A stretch of 64,000 nt of DNA from Anaerovorax odorimutans. Its GTDB lineage: Bacteria; Bacillota; Clostridia; Peptostreptococcales; JAAYPU01. The position numbers and the translations under genes are program-made. The notes below the pieces were generated by a model. It saw only the letters and a list, made by a program, of their open reading frames with translations, searched no databases and was not told where the DNA came from. Positions within the stretch are counted from its first letter, which is position 1. Every line of letters starts with the position of its first letter. Location of the stretch: NCBI GenBank assembly GCA_016841185.1, contig JAENZQ010000001.1, positions 10,364 through 74,363 of the forward strand, written 5' to 3'. This document shows positions 35,160-43,615 of the stretch, in pieces.

Positions 35160-35374
35160 ATTTACCTCCAAAATCATCCATATTTATTTGTTTTAGGTTT
35201 GATTTGCTTTTTCTTCTTTGATTGTACCATAATTTGTATATATTGGTACAAAAAAATAACTGTATATCCAAAAATACACAGCTATTTTCATATTAACAAT
35301 ATATTATTTACCATACTCTTTAATAAATACTTTGATGTAAGCAGTTTGCCTAATGCTTAATCCTTATATTCAAA

Positions 35375-37228
35375 CTATCTAACCAAAAACGATTTTATTC
35401 TAACAATCCTTTTTACAATATCTTCAATGGGATTTATTTTAACAAAATTAAAAATGGCATCTCCATCTGCTCTATTCTTACAAGACAATAAAACTGATAA
35501 TTTATCACTTTTTGCTTCTTTCTTGTATCTCATAAAATCATCCGAATAATATCTTTTATACCGCCAGGAAACAACTATTTTATTTTCAGGTTGTATATAT
35601 ATATTATTGGATAACTCTAAATTCTCAAATCCATTCCATCTGGGTGATAAGTAAAAACTCATTTCCTCAGCATTTAAAAAAATATTATTTCTAATTACTA
35701 TTTTTGATGATATTTCCGACGTGCTGTCAAAAAGACATAAGTGTATTCCTCCTGTATCGTCTGTTCTCTGCTCACTTCCCCATCCAAATCCTGCATTTTT
35801 ACAGGTATTACCTTCAAAATATATTTTGCCCATAATAGAAGTTTCGTTATGCAGCCAAAATTCAAAGGACCACTGTGAATTCCATATCTGGTTATTCCTG
35901 AAGGAAATATTATATTGTTTGTTATTATTTCCAATGCCTTGTATGGTTACTGCACTGTCATATATTTGCCATATATAGCAACCTTCCACCAAGTTATCAT
36001 GTGCATTATTCCAAAACTCTATGCCATTTCCATATCTTGTTTGCTCTCTAAGTTTTCCCCCTCCAATAAAACTTATATCACAGTTAAGAATATTTATGTG
36101 GTGTGTATTCCCTCCGCCTATTCCATGAGCACTGCCATATTTCAATGCCAATCCATCGTAAGTAATATAGGCTCTGTCTATTTGCTGGATAATATTTTTA
36201 GTTAAGGCACATTCGATTGTAGAATACAGTTTTCCCGGATTGTCTAAAGAATACATTCGAACATTATGACTTTCTTCATCATAATAAAACTCATTCTGCT
36301 CATCCAATTCTTCGGGACTAAAAATCTTAGTTCCAAATATTTCTCCGTCGTTAAATATTATGTTCCCAACATCCTCATATACCTCCAGAGGATCCGCTTC
36401 AAAAAAACGTATGTGATCTATGTATAATTCTGCCCCTGATGGTAGATCCTTGCCTAAATACATTGTAACCCGAGCATTATCATCACTGACATTTGCTTGA
36501 TATGACACCCTGTAATAAGACCATTCCGTTGAAATTACAGGAAATGCATCCGTATAAGTTGAAGAACAGTCAGTCCATGGAAAATTGTCCTTCATCAAAA
36601 TAACAAAAGGGATTTTAAAAGTTATGTTGGATTTCGCTCTGAAAGAAAAAGTATAATTTTTCCCGTTTTTGATTTTAAGTCCTTTCAAAGACACCATAAT
36701 ATCATAGATAGATTCACCTGCATTATCACATTTTATCCTGATACATTTTTTTCCCTGTTCATTATTTAACACATTATAACTTGAATCAACACCTTCTTCT
36801 TTCCAAAAAGAAACATTATCCGCCGGAATGGTTGGAATGCTCCATAAATCATATTCTTTAGTGGAAAATGACCATATGTTATGGCCGACTTCTTTCCAAT
36901 GATCAACATAACTTCGATCAACAGACCCCAAAAAAAGTGGTTTATTGCCAAAACCATATGATGTATAGGTAATGCTTCCATTTTCATTCCCACTCCTTGG
37001 AACCAGCTGCTCTCTCCATACATCTCCTTTTTTAAAGTGAATAACATCACCTGGTTTAAAATTAAAATTATTTACCTTGGATATTGTCCGCCAAGGTGAA
37101 TATTCAGATAGGCCCGAATTATTATCATCTCCTGAATTGCTTACATAATAATCCTGAGCATATATGACCATTGTGTTTATTAAAAGGAATAGAAATACTG
37201 CTAGAAAAGAGAAAAAGAATTTTTTCAT
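35375..37228 (-). CDS. Secreted right-handed beta-helix (pectate-lyase-fold) protein with inserted carbohydrate-binding-like module (617 aa)
   Basis: ATG at 37228 (AAGGAG upstream) gives a signal peptide MKKFFFSFLAVFLFLLINTMVIYA. YYVSNSGDDNNSG..PW..PGDVIHFKKGDVW is typical of beta-helix proteins. Paralogous to 38514-39845 but with an extra roughly 170-aa segment (..FSFRAKSN..VTMYLGKDLPSGAELYIDHIRFFEA..) resembling a CBM4/9-type module. Confidence 0.6.
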   Translation of the reverse strand: MKKFFFSFLAVFLFLLINTMVIYAQDYYVSNSGDDNNSGLSEYSPWRTISKVNNFNFKPGDVIHFKKGDVWREQLVPRSGNENGSITYTSYGFGNKPLFLGSVDRSYVDHWKEVGHNIWSFSTKEYDLWSIPTIPADNVSFWKEEGVDSSYNVLNNEQGKKCIRIKCDNAGESIYDIMVSLKGLKIKNGKNYTFSFRAKSNITFKIPFVILMKDNFPWTDCSSTYTDAFPVISTEWSYYRVSYQANVSDDNARVTMYLGKDLPSGAELYIDHIRFFEADPLEVYEDVGNIIFNDGEIFGTKIFSPEELDEQNEFYYDEESHNVRMYSLDNPGKLYSTIECALTKNIIQQIDRAYITYDGLALKYGSAHGIGGGNTHHINILNCDISFIGGGKLREQTRYGNGIEFWNNAHDNLVEGCYIWQIYDSAVTIQGIGNNNKQYNISFRNNQIWNSQWSFEFWLHNETSIMGKIYFEGNTCKNAGFGWGSEQRTDDTGGIHLCLFDSTSEISSKIVIRNNIFLNAEEMSFYLSPRWNGFENLELSNNIYIQPENKIVVSWRYKRYYSDDFMRYKKEAKSDKLSVLLSCKNRADGDAIFNFVKINPIEDIVKRIVRIKSFLVR

Positions 37229-37403
37229 CAATAATTTCTCCTTATTGTAAAAATAACAGAAAAATAACTGGGCTATTAGTTTGATTCTATCAGTTCTTAT
37301 TGATCTTATCAACTATAGGTATTAAAAGAAGCTTGATAAGTTATAAACTTATTGATACCATAATGGTAGTATAAATTTCAATGTGATTAAAGGAAAAACA
37401 AGT

Positions 37404-38453
37404 ATGTCAATTAATAAAAAGATTTTAAAATTTTTAATTTTGAAAATTATTGGCTCTTTATTATTTTTCTCTGGCTTATATTTTATCCTAAACAAATTAT
37501 TTACGAATAAAGGAATATATATTTTAATGTATCACAGAATACAGGATAAAGGTGATGATTTTTATTATCAGGATATTGCTGTTAAACGAAAGGAATTCGA
37601 GAAGCAGCTTTCTTATTTTACAAATAATTATTGTTGCATTACTATGTCCGAAGCTTTATCTATCCTTTCAAAAAATACTGAACTCGATAAGGATTATATC
37701 GTTTTTACCTTTGACGACGGTTATAAAGATAATTTGGACTATGGTCAATATTTTTTCAGAAAATACCACATATGTCCTGTTTTATATCTAACTGCGGGAA
37801 AAATAGACAGCCGTCTGCCCATCTGGACAGAAATTTTTGATGAAATTATTGCGAATTCCAACAGTTTACAATTGGAAATAGCTATAAAAGACAGCATGAT
37901 CAAATGCCACTCCAACAGTATTAGAAAAAGAACAGAATTCGCAGAAGAAGTTAAATCTGCTTTAAAAGAAATGCCTCAACAATATATAATGAATTGCCTC
38001 AATGATTTTGCAAAAAAATATCATATCGATACCAATAAAATCAATACAACGTTGCTATCCTGGTCCGATATTATGGAACTCAGTAAATCCGGCTGCGAAT
38101 TAGGAAGCCATACAATGAATCATGTCAATCTTGCCGCCGAACCAATGTCAACTGTAGCAGAAGAACTTGAAAAATCATGTGCTCTTATAGAAGAAAAAAC
38201 CTATTATAAATCAGTACATTTCGCTTATCCTTTTGGAAAACCAAATCATTATAATGATTTGGCAGTAAAAAAAGTTCAGGATTATTACAAATCAGCAGTA
38301 ACTACAACAGAAGGCTTAAACAAATGCAAAGACAATGTATATCTTCTTCGTAGGATTATGATAGCAAATCACCATAGTCTGATCGATATCAGAATAAAGC
38401 TTCTACGTATAAAGATACTGGACTTCTTAAATGGAAATAACAAGCATGCATAA
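37404..38453 (+). CDS. Polysaccharide deacetylase (NodB homology domain) with N-terminal membrane anchor
   Basis: ..YIVFTFDDGYKDN.. (NodB motif 1) and ..GSHTMNHVNL.. (His motif). Start at ATG 37404, or the GTG at 37383 given in the track. Confidence 0.8.
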   Translation: MSINKKILKFLILKIIGSLLFFSGLYFILNKLFTNKGIYILMYHRIQDKGDDFYYQDIAVKRKEFEKQLSYFTNNYCCITMSEALSILSKNTELDKDYIVFTFDDGYKDNLDYGQYFFRKYHICPVLYLTAGKIDSRLPIWTEIFDEIIANSNSLQLEIAIKDSMIKCHSNSIRKRTEFAEEVKSALKEMPQQYIMNCLNDFAKKYHIDTNKINTTLLSWSDIMELSKSGCELGSHTMNHVNLAAEPMSTVAEELEKSCALIEEKTYYKSVHFAYPFGKPNHYNDLAVKKVQDYYKSAVTTTEGLNKCKDNVYLLRRIMIANHHSLIDIRIKLLRIKILDFLNGNNKHA

Positions 38454-38457
38454 AAAA

Positions 38458-38485
38458 CGCATAAACTGAATTAACAGTTTATGCG
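38458..38485 (-). terminator. Intrinsic terminator of the riboswitch-controlled beta-helix gene
   Basis: CGCATAAACTG-AATTAA-CAGTTTATGCG 11-bp stem. A-run on the plus side (38452-57) gives a U-run on the minus transcript. Confidence 0.6.
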
Positions 38486-38513
38486 CTATCTCTCTATAAA
38501 AATGTCTAAAAAA

Positions 38514-39845
38514 TTATTTCATGGCCACAACAACATCTGAACTTCTGTATTGCATTTCCGAATCACTATCTTTTCCTGTTTCGCTTTTATATTTATCAAA
38601 TTCATAAGAAAAATACAATTCACCATCGACATAACTGAAAAACTTATCTTTTTGCTGTACATATGTATTATTTTCAAGAATCAAATTTTCCGAGTCATTC
38701 CAGTTATCGGATAAAAAGAATATTCCTTCTGTTGCATTATCGAAAGTATTATTGGAAATATATATATCGGATGCCTTTGCCAAACTGCTGAAAAAACTCA
38801 AATGTCTTCCGCCAACTTGATCTGTCCTTTGATTGCTTCCCCATCCCAAGCCGGCATTTCTGCAAACATTGTTTTCAAAATATATATCTCTTAAAGCCGC
38901 ATTTTCATTTTGATACCAGAGCTCGAAAGACCATTGTGCATTCCATATTTTATTGTTTCTATAGACAATATTATATTGATCAAACCCGGAGCGTGCACCT
39001 TGATTCGTTAAAGCCGTATCGTATATTTCCCAAATGTTGCAACCTTCTACTAAAATATCATGAGCATCACTCCAAAATTCTATGCCATTGCCATATCGGT
39101 CAATTTCACCATTAAAGATGAATTTTCCTCCTCCTATGTAATTTACATCACAATTCAATACTTTTATATGATGTGTGCTGTCACCGCCGATACCATGTGC
39201 TCCGCCATATTTTATTTCCAATCCGTCATAAATAACGTAAGATTTATCATTTTGATTGATTATATGTTGAGACAATGCACATTCAATTTCATCATATATT
39301 TCAGCCGGATTTTTTAAGGAATATATCTTCAGAATTTTGTTACTTTCGTCATACCAAAAATCATTCTGCTTTCTGAGTTCAGATTCATTAAATACTTTAA
39401 CACCGCAGATATCTCCATCAAATATGATATTTCCTACATCCTCTGGAAATTTAAACGGTTTATTAATTTCGGCTTCATAGACCATCCAAATATTTTTTTC
39501 CTGCTGCACCCAATTATTTACATTATTCATACTGACCGAACCCAGTATTTGAGGTTTTCTTCCCTCTCCATAAGAAGTATATGTAACAAACCCGCTTTCA
39601 TCTCCACTTGACGGAATTAACTGCCCTCTCCAAAGATCGCCTTTATTAAAATGGATCGTATCGCCTGGTTCAAAATCTTTACTGTTTACTTTTTCAAGAG
39701 TCTTCCAGGGGCTATCCGGAGATGTTCCTGAATTTAGATCATCACCTGCATTACTGACATAATATTGGTCAGCATATGAATAATTAAAAGCTAAAATCAA
39801 AAAAAATGCAGATAATATTAAAGAAAACAAAAAAGTCCTTTTCAT
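38514..39845 (-). CDS. Secreted right-handed beta-helix (pectate-lyase-fold) protein, 443 aa
   Basis: Signal peptide MKRTFLFSLILSAFFLILAFNYSYA. ..YYVSNAGDDLNSG..PW..PGDTIHFNKGDLW.. and repeated N/G-rich beta-helix turns. Preceded by riboswitch-like aptamers. Confidence 0.6.
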   Translation of the reverse strand: MKRTFLFSLILSAFFLILAFNYSYADQYYVSNAGDDLNSGTSPDSPWKTLEKVNSKDFEPGDTIHFNKGDLWRGQLIPSSGDESGFVTYTSYGEGRKPQILGSVSMNNVNNWVQQEKNIWMVYEAEINKPFKFPEDVGNIIFDGDICGVKVFNESELRKQNDFWYDESNKILKIYSLKNPAEIYDEIECALSQHIINQNDKSYVIYDGLEIKYGGAHGIGGDSTHHIKVLNCDVNYIGGGKFIFNGEIDRYGNGIEFWSDAHDILVEGCNIWEIYDTALTNQGARSGFDQYNIVYRNNKIWNAQWSFELWYQNENAALRDIYFENNVCRNAGLGWGSNQRTDQVGGRHLSFFSSLAKASDIYISNNTFDNATEGIFFLSDNWNDSENLILENNTYVQQKDKFFSYVDGELYFSYEFDKYKSETGKDSDSEMQYRSSDVVVAMK

Positions 39846-39859
39846 TTTAATTTACTCTC

Positions 39860-39945
39860 CTTCGATGGCTGGCTACCTTAGCTGATCGCCTTAGGCCCTT
39901 TAGCTTTGCGCCCTTACCTTTCGGCAAGTTTGCCTTTATCGTGAG
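39860..39945 (-). promoter_or_regulatory. c-di-GMP-I (GEMM-I) riboswitch-like aptamer, copy A (its 3' end abuts the RBS of the 443-aa gene)
   Basis: Minus-strand RNA: CGAUAAAGGCAAACUUGCCGAAAGGUAAGGGCGCAAAGCUAAAGGGCCUAAGGCGAUCAGCUAAGGUAGCCAGCCAUCGAAGGAGAG. It shares the GGCAAAC / GNRA-capped hairpin / G(A/G)CGCAAAGC / GGCCUAA / GGUAGCC signature with the Vc2 and Clostridial GEMM-I aptamers I remember. Confidence 0.8.
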
Positions 39946-39981
39946 ATATTAATTGAAAGACTTTCTACAAATAAACTTTCC

Positions 39982-40071
39982 CTTCGGTTACTGGCTGCCT
40001 TAGCTTATCGCCTTAGGCCCTTTAGTTTTGCGCCCTTACCTTTCGATAAGTTTGCCTTTATCGGTAAAAAG
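39982..40071 (-). promoter_or_regulatory. c-di-GMP-I (GEMM-I) riboswitch-like aptamer, copy B
   Basis: Minus-strand RNA: ..ACCGAUAAAGGCAAACUUAUCGAAAGGUAAGGGCGCAAAACUAAAGGGCCUAAGGCGAUAAGCUAAGGCAGCCAGUAACCGAAG. The P1a hairpin is kept by changes relative to copy A (UUGCC/GGUAA versus UUAUC/GGUAA). Confidence 0.8.
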
Positions 40072-40129
40072 TTCTTACAATAATATCTACATATATCCTT
40101 GGTTGTCCTACAATCATTTATTACTTAAA

Positions 40130-40210
40130 TCAATGTGCATGTACAACAGTAAAGCTGAGTAATACAATAAATAGAAATAAGACACCAGATAATATTAAAT
40201 TTCTTTTCAT
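40130..40210 (-). CDS. 26-codon sORF encoding a signal-peptide-like peptide (MKRNLILSGVLFLFIVLLSFTVVHAH)
   Basis: My own translation. ATG at 40210 with GGAGG 8 nt upstream, TGA at 40130-40132. It lies between the two riboswitch pairs and resembles the signal peptides of the two beta-helix paralogues. Confidence 0.35.
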   Translation of the reverse strand: MKRNLILSGVLFLFIVLLSFTVVHAH

Positions 40211-40301
40211 TACAGATATCCTCCATATCCTTAATTGCTTATATTATCTATTTCTGCCTTATATTTTATGCTTTTGTTCATGTAAATATAAAAAATCTTT
40301 T

Positions 40302-40388
40302 CTTCAGCAACCGGCTGCCTTAGCATATGCTTTAGGCCCTTAGCTTTGCGTCCTTACTTTTCAGTAAGTTTGCCTTTATTGGTAAAAG
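40302..40388 (-). promoter_or_regulatory. c-di-GMP-I (GEMM-I) riboswitch-like aptamer, copy C
   Basis: Minus-strand RNA: CUUUUACCAAUAAAGGCAAACUUACUGAAAAGUAAGGACGCAAAGCUAAGGGCCUAAAGCAUAUGCUAAGGCAGCCGGUUGCUGAAG. Contains the GGACGCAAAGC core identical to the canonical consensus. Confidence 0.8.
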
Positions 40389-40413
40389 ATTTTAAGGATA
40401 AAAAAAACTTTTT

Positions 40414-40500
40414 CTTCGGTAGCCGGCTGCCCTGGCTTATGCTTTAGGCCCTTAGCTTTGCGCCCTTACTTTTCAGTAAGTTTGCCTTTATCGGTAAAAG
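40414..40500 (-). promoter_or_regulatory. c-di-GMP-I (GEMM-I) riboswitch-like aptamer, copy D (promoter-proximal)
   Basis: Minus-strand RNA: CUUUUACCGAUAAAGGCAAACUUACUGAAAAGUAAGGGCGCAAAGCUAAGGGCCUAAAGCAUAAGCCAGGGCAGCCGGCUACCGAAG. It starts about 10-20 nt downstream of the predicted promoter. Confidence 0.8.
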
Positions 40501-40518
40501 TATAGTATGTGTAGTAAT

Positions 40519-40547
40519 ATTATAGTACAAGTATACATCAATGACAA
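40519..40547 (-). promoter_or_regulatory. Strong sigma-70-type promoter driving the riboswitch array
   Basis: Minus strand: TTGTCA (plus 40542-40547), 17-nt spacer, TATAAT (plus 40519-40524). Confidence 0.6.
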
Positions 40548-40577
40548 GGGTTTTTTACATTTTTTTCATTTATTCTC

Positions 40578-41177
40578 TTATTTTTTTAGAAAATTAATAT
40601 CTACCAGTTGGGCTCCGGGGATAATAAACCCTTCGGAGCCTTCTGAACTGATTTTTTTTGCAGGATTACCAGCAATCGTAATGTTTTCTTCAATAAAAGA
40701 TTTAGTCACTATTGCACCTGTTCCGACTGCCGTTCCATCAGCAATCTTAATTGAGCCAAATAGTTTTGCCCCCGGCCCAATGTACACATTATCACCTATT
40801 ACAGGAGATTCATACGGGGGTTTTTTATCCGGTGCGATACTTACACATGAATGAATCCTGCAGTTTCTGCCGATCCGCACTTTCGGACCTATTATTATAG
40901 GTCCTCTGTGCGCAATGCTCAGGCCGGGACCGCATACATTAAAAGGTATTTCAAAGCCGAGCATAAGTGCATATTTATGAAATATAAAACGATATAAAAA
41001 ATATAATATCTTTGAACACAAACTCTTTTTACAGTTCATATAGTATTCTATTTTTCTTAATAATCTCTGATACTTCCATATTTCATCACCAAAAAATAAA
41101 GGTCTTTTCTTTTCTTTGCCAAGCGCAATTCTATCTGCTTCTAAATAAAACAAATAATCTTTATAGGATTTTATCAT
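40578..41177 (-). CDS. Hexapeptide-repeat O-acetyltransferase (serine acetyltransferase-like, EPS-modifying)
   Basis: 199 aa. Left-handed beta-helix repeats ..IGRNCRIHSCVSI..IGDNVYIGPGAKLFGSIKIADGTAVGTGAIV... Confidence 0.75.
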   Translation of the reverse strand: MIKSYKDYLFYLEADRIALGKEKKRPLFFGDEIWKYQRLLRKIEYYMNCKKSLCSKILYFLYRFIFHKYALMLGFEIPFNVCGPGLSIAHRGPIIIGPKVRIGRNCRIHSCVSIAPDKKPPYESPVIGDNVYIGPGAKLFGSIKIADGTAVGTGAIVTKSFIEENITIAGNPAKKISSEGSEGFIIPGAQLVDINFLKK

Positions 41178-41187
41178 ACAAACACCC

Positions 41188-42357
41188 TCACTTCATATGT
41201 TCATTGTGCTGCATATCTAAAAATAAGCTTTCATACTCTTTTGATACTTTTTCCCATCCATACTGTTCTTCTATTCTTTTTTTGCAGTTTGTTGAAAGCA
41301 TCATTATCTCTTCAGAATCAAGCTTCTCGGCTTTTTCTATTATTTCTCTGAGAGATCCTTCTTTTTTATTGAAATACAGAACTGCCTTTTTCCCAACTTC
41401 TTTATTAAAAACAACATCTAATAATATATTTATCTTTGTAGCCGCCATGGCTTCCAGTAAAGATGGGTTCGTACCGCCCACCTCATGCCCGTGAATATAG
41501 GCATAAGCTTCTTGTCTAATTTGCTTTAACAACGCTTTATCATATACTGTCCCTACAAATTTTATTCTCTTATCTTGTTTGAAATTTGTATGATCATATA
41601 AAAGTTTGTAAAAATTGTTTTTTTCTAAATTACATATAATCACCAGGTCTCTTTGTGTATCGGAAGCCATAAATTCTCGTATCATTATTTCATAATTATT
41701 TTCAGGAACAAAACGGCCAACTATAAGATAATAACTGTTTGGTAAAACAGAATGTGCTTCACACCATTTTCTATAATCAGCGGAAATACTCATATTATCA
41801 ATGTCTGCACCATAAGGAATAAATATCGTCTCAGGAGAATAGTAAAAATATTCTTCCTTTATATATGCCTCTATAGCATTTGAATCACAAATAAGAAGAT
41901 CTGAATGTTTGACCATTAACTTCTCAGAATATTTCCAATATCTTTGTATCCATTTATTCCATTTACTTCTTAGCCATTCATGTCCGTCCGGATTAACATA
42001 TACTTTTATATTTAGTGCTTTGATTTTATGACTGAATAAAAACATAAATGGCCCAATTCGGCAAGCCAGAACATAAATAATACTATTCTGCAATTTATGT
42101 TTTTCAATATATTTAATACATCTGCTTAAACTTTTAAGATCATAGAAAACAGCACGGGCACTTCCAATTTGGGGCACCTTTACATTAAAGCATCTATCAT
42201 TTTTATACCGAAATTCTGTGTTGTCATCTCCCAGACAAGCAATATGATATCTTATCATAGAGCTTTTCTTTTTTCTTACTAAACAGTCAACAAAAGTTTC
42301 AAATCCTCCATAGTTTGCAGGTATCCCTTTTGAACCAATAATAAAAATATCTACCAT
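41188..42357 (-). CDS. Glycosyltransferase with DUF1972-type N-terminus (Cps2T/WchF-like, possibly a rhamnosyltransferase)
   Basis: N-terminus MVDIFIIGSKGIPANYGGFETFVDCLV is characteristic of DUF1972 GT4 enzymes. C-terminus ..HGHEVGGTNPSLLEAMA... Confidence 0.7.
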   Translation of the reverse strand: MVDIFIIGSKGIPANYGGFETFVDCLVRKKKSSMIRYHIACLGDDNTEFRYKNDRCFNVKVPQIGSARAVFYDLKSLSRCIKYIEKHKLQNSIIYVLACRIGPFMFLFSHKIKALNIKVYVNPDGHEWLRSKWNKWIQRYWKYSEKLMVKHSDLLICDSNAIEAYIKEEYFYYSPETIFIPYGADIDNMSISADYRKWCEAHSVLPNSYYLIVGRFVPENNYEIMIREFMASDTQRDLVIICNLEKNNFYKLLYDHTNFKQDKRIKFVGTVYDKALLKQIRQEAYAYIHGHEVGGTNPSLLEAMAATKINILLDVVFNKEVGKKAVLYFNKKEGSLREIIEKAEKLDSEEIMMLSTNCKKRIEEQYGWEKVSKEYESLFLDMQHNEHMK

Positions 42358-42373
42358 ATTTATTCCTCTTCCG

Positions 42374-43606
42374 CTATTGTTTAACTAAACTTTTATATAT
42401 ATGATTTAATTTTTCGTAATGAACAGATGCATCGAATTCCGTTTCTAATTTTTTTCTTCCATTCATCCCATATTCAATCATGAGATCTTTATTGCCAAGT
42501 AGACCATTGATTTTTTGAGATAAGTCTTTGGAATTCCCCATCTCATAAGTCATTCCTGTTCGTAAATCATCAATTAATTCCGGTATGCCTCCGGTCCTTG
42601 CCCCTATAACAGGCTTACCATATGCCATCATCTCTAATACCGAATATGGTGCATTTTCATAACATTCAGAGGGCATTATCCCAAACATGGCATTTTTTAT
42701 ACACTCACTTAATTCCAATCCCCTTTTATGCCCTACCATTTCTATTCTATTATCCAGCTTATTCCTTTTAATCAATTGTTTTATTTCATTTTCCAAAGGA
42801 CCAGTTCCAACAATTCGTAATTCTGCAGAACCTTTTACATATTGCATCGCATCAATCAATGTAAGTATTCCCTTTTCTTCTGACAGTCGGCCTAAATAAA
42901 CAAAATAGTTTTCATGGTTGTAATTCGGCTCATAATCCGATGTATTTAAAAAATTTGCATTATAAATGATTTTTTTTGAGTCGAACCCATATTCAATAAG
43001 CTTTTTCATAAAAAATCGGCTCGGTACTATGAAGCAATCAATTAAATCATACACTTTCAGCCAGCTATGAATATACATTTCCAGAGTACTTACAAAACTT
43101 TTTAAAAAGGACTCTTTAACACATTTGTTCAATAAACAATTATAATATTTTGATTCCCTGCACGCTTCGCATATTTTACCATCATGGAGCATTTTATAAT
43201 TTGGGCACATCGATTTTAAATCGTGAACTGTATAGACAATAGGGATATTGTATTTCTTCAACTCATGCAAAATCGAAGGAGAAAGTTGATGCTGAAATAT
43301 ATTTAAATGTGCAATATCCGGCTTATAGTTCCTGATAAGCCTTCCGATCTTTTTTTTTGCTTCAACTGAATATATGATTTTACAAGACAATTTCACCTTT
43401 TTATACAGGTTAAGCCTTGTATTGTAATCAATATGATCAACAAAATATTCCTCATAAGGTGACTCATTATTCAAATCATGCTTCATTGAAAAATCGATTA
43501 CTTCATGCCCATTTTGGTTTAGCAGATCTCTTAATGAAAAATAATAAGTTTCCGATCCGCCTTTTATATAAAAAAACTTATTGACATTTAATACTTTAAT
43601 GTCCAT
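42374..43606 (-). CDS. Glycosyltransferase family 4 (GT-B, group 1)
   Basis: ..YLGRLSEEKG.. and the E-x7-E region ..PSECYENAPYSVLEMMAYGKPVIGARTGGIPELI... Confidence 0.8.
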   Translation of the reverse strand: MDIKVLNVNKFFYIKGGSETYYFSLRDLLNQNGHEVIDFSMKHDLNNESPYEEYFVDHIDYNTRLNLYKKVKLSCKIIYSVEAKKKIGRLIRNYKPDIAHLNIFQHQLSPSILHELKKYNIPIVYTVHDLKSMCPNYKMLHDGKICEACRESKYYNCLLNKCVKESFLKSFVSTLEMYIHSWLKVYDLIDCFIVPSRFFMKKLIEYGFDSKKIIYNANFLNTSDYEPNYNHENYFVYLGRLSEEKGILTLIDAMQYVKGSAELRIVGTGPLENEIKQLIKRNKLDNRIEMVGHKRGLELSECIKNAMFGIMPSECYENAPYSVLEMMAYGKPVIGARTGGIPELIDDLRTGMTYEMGNSKDLSQKINGLLGNKDLMIEYGMNGRKKLETEFDASVHYEKLNHIYKSLVKQ

Positions 43607-43615
43607 TCACCCCAC

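Noticed and set aside
39860-40500. Four ~87-nt repeats with spacers could superficially suggest a CRISPR array or REP-type repeat cluster
   Set aside because: The units are far longer than CRISPR repeats and are imperfect. They have irregular spacing (36, 230 and 25 nt), no cas genes are nearby, and they match the GEMM-I riboswitch signature with structure-preserving substitutions.
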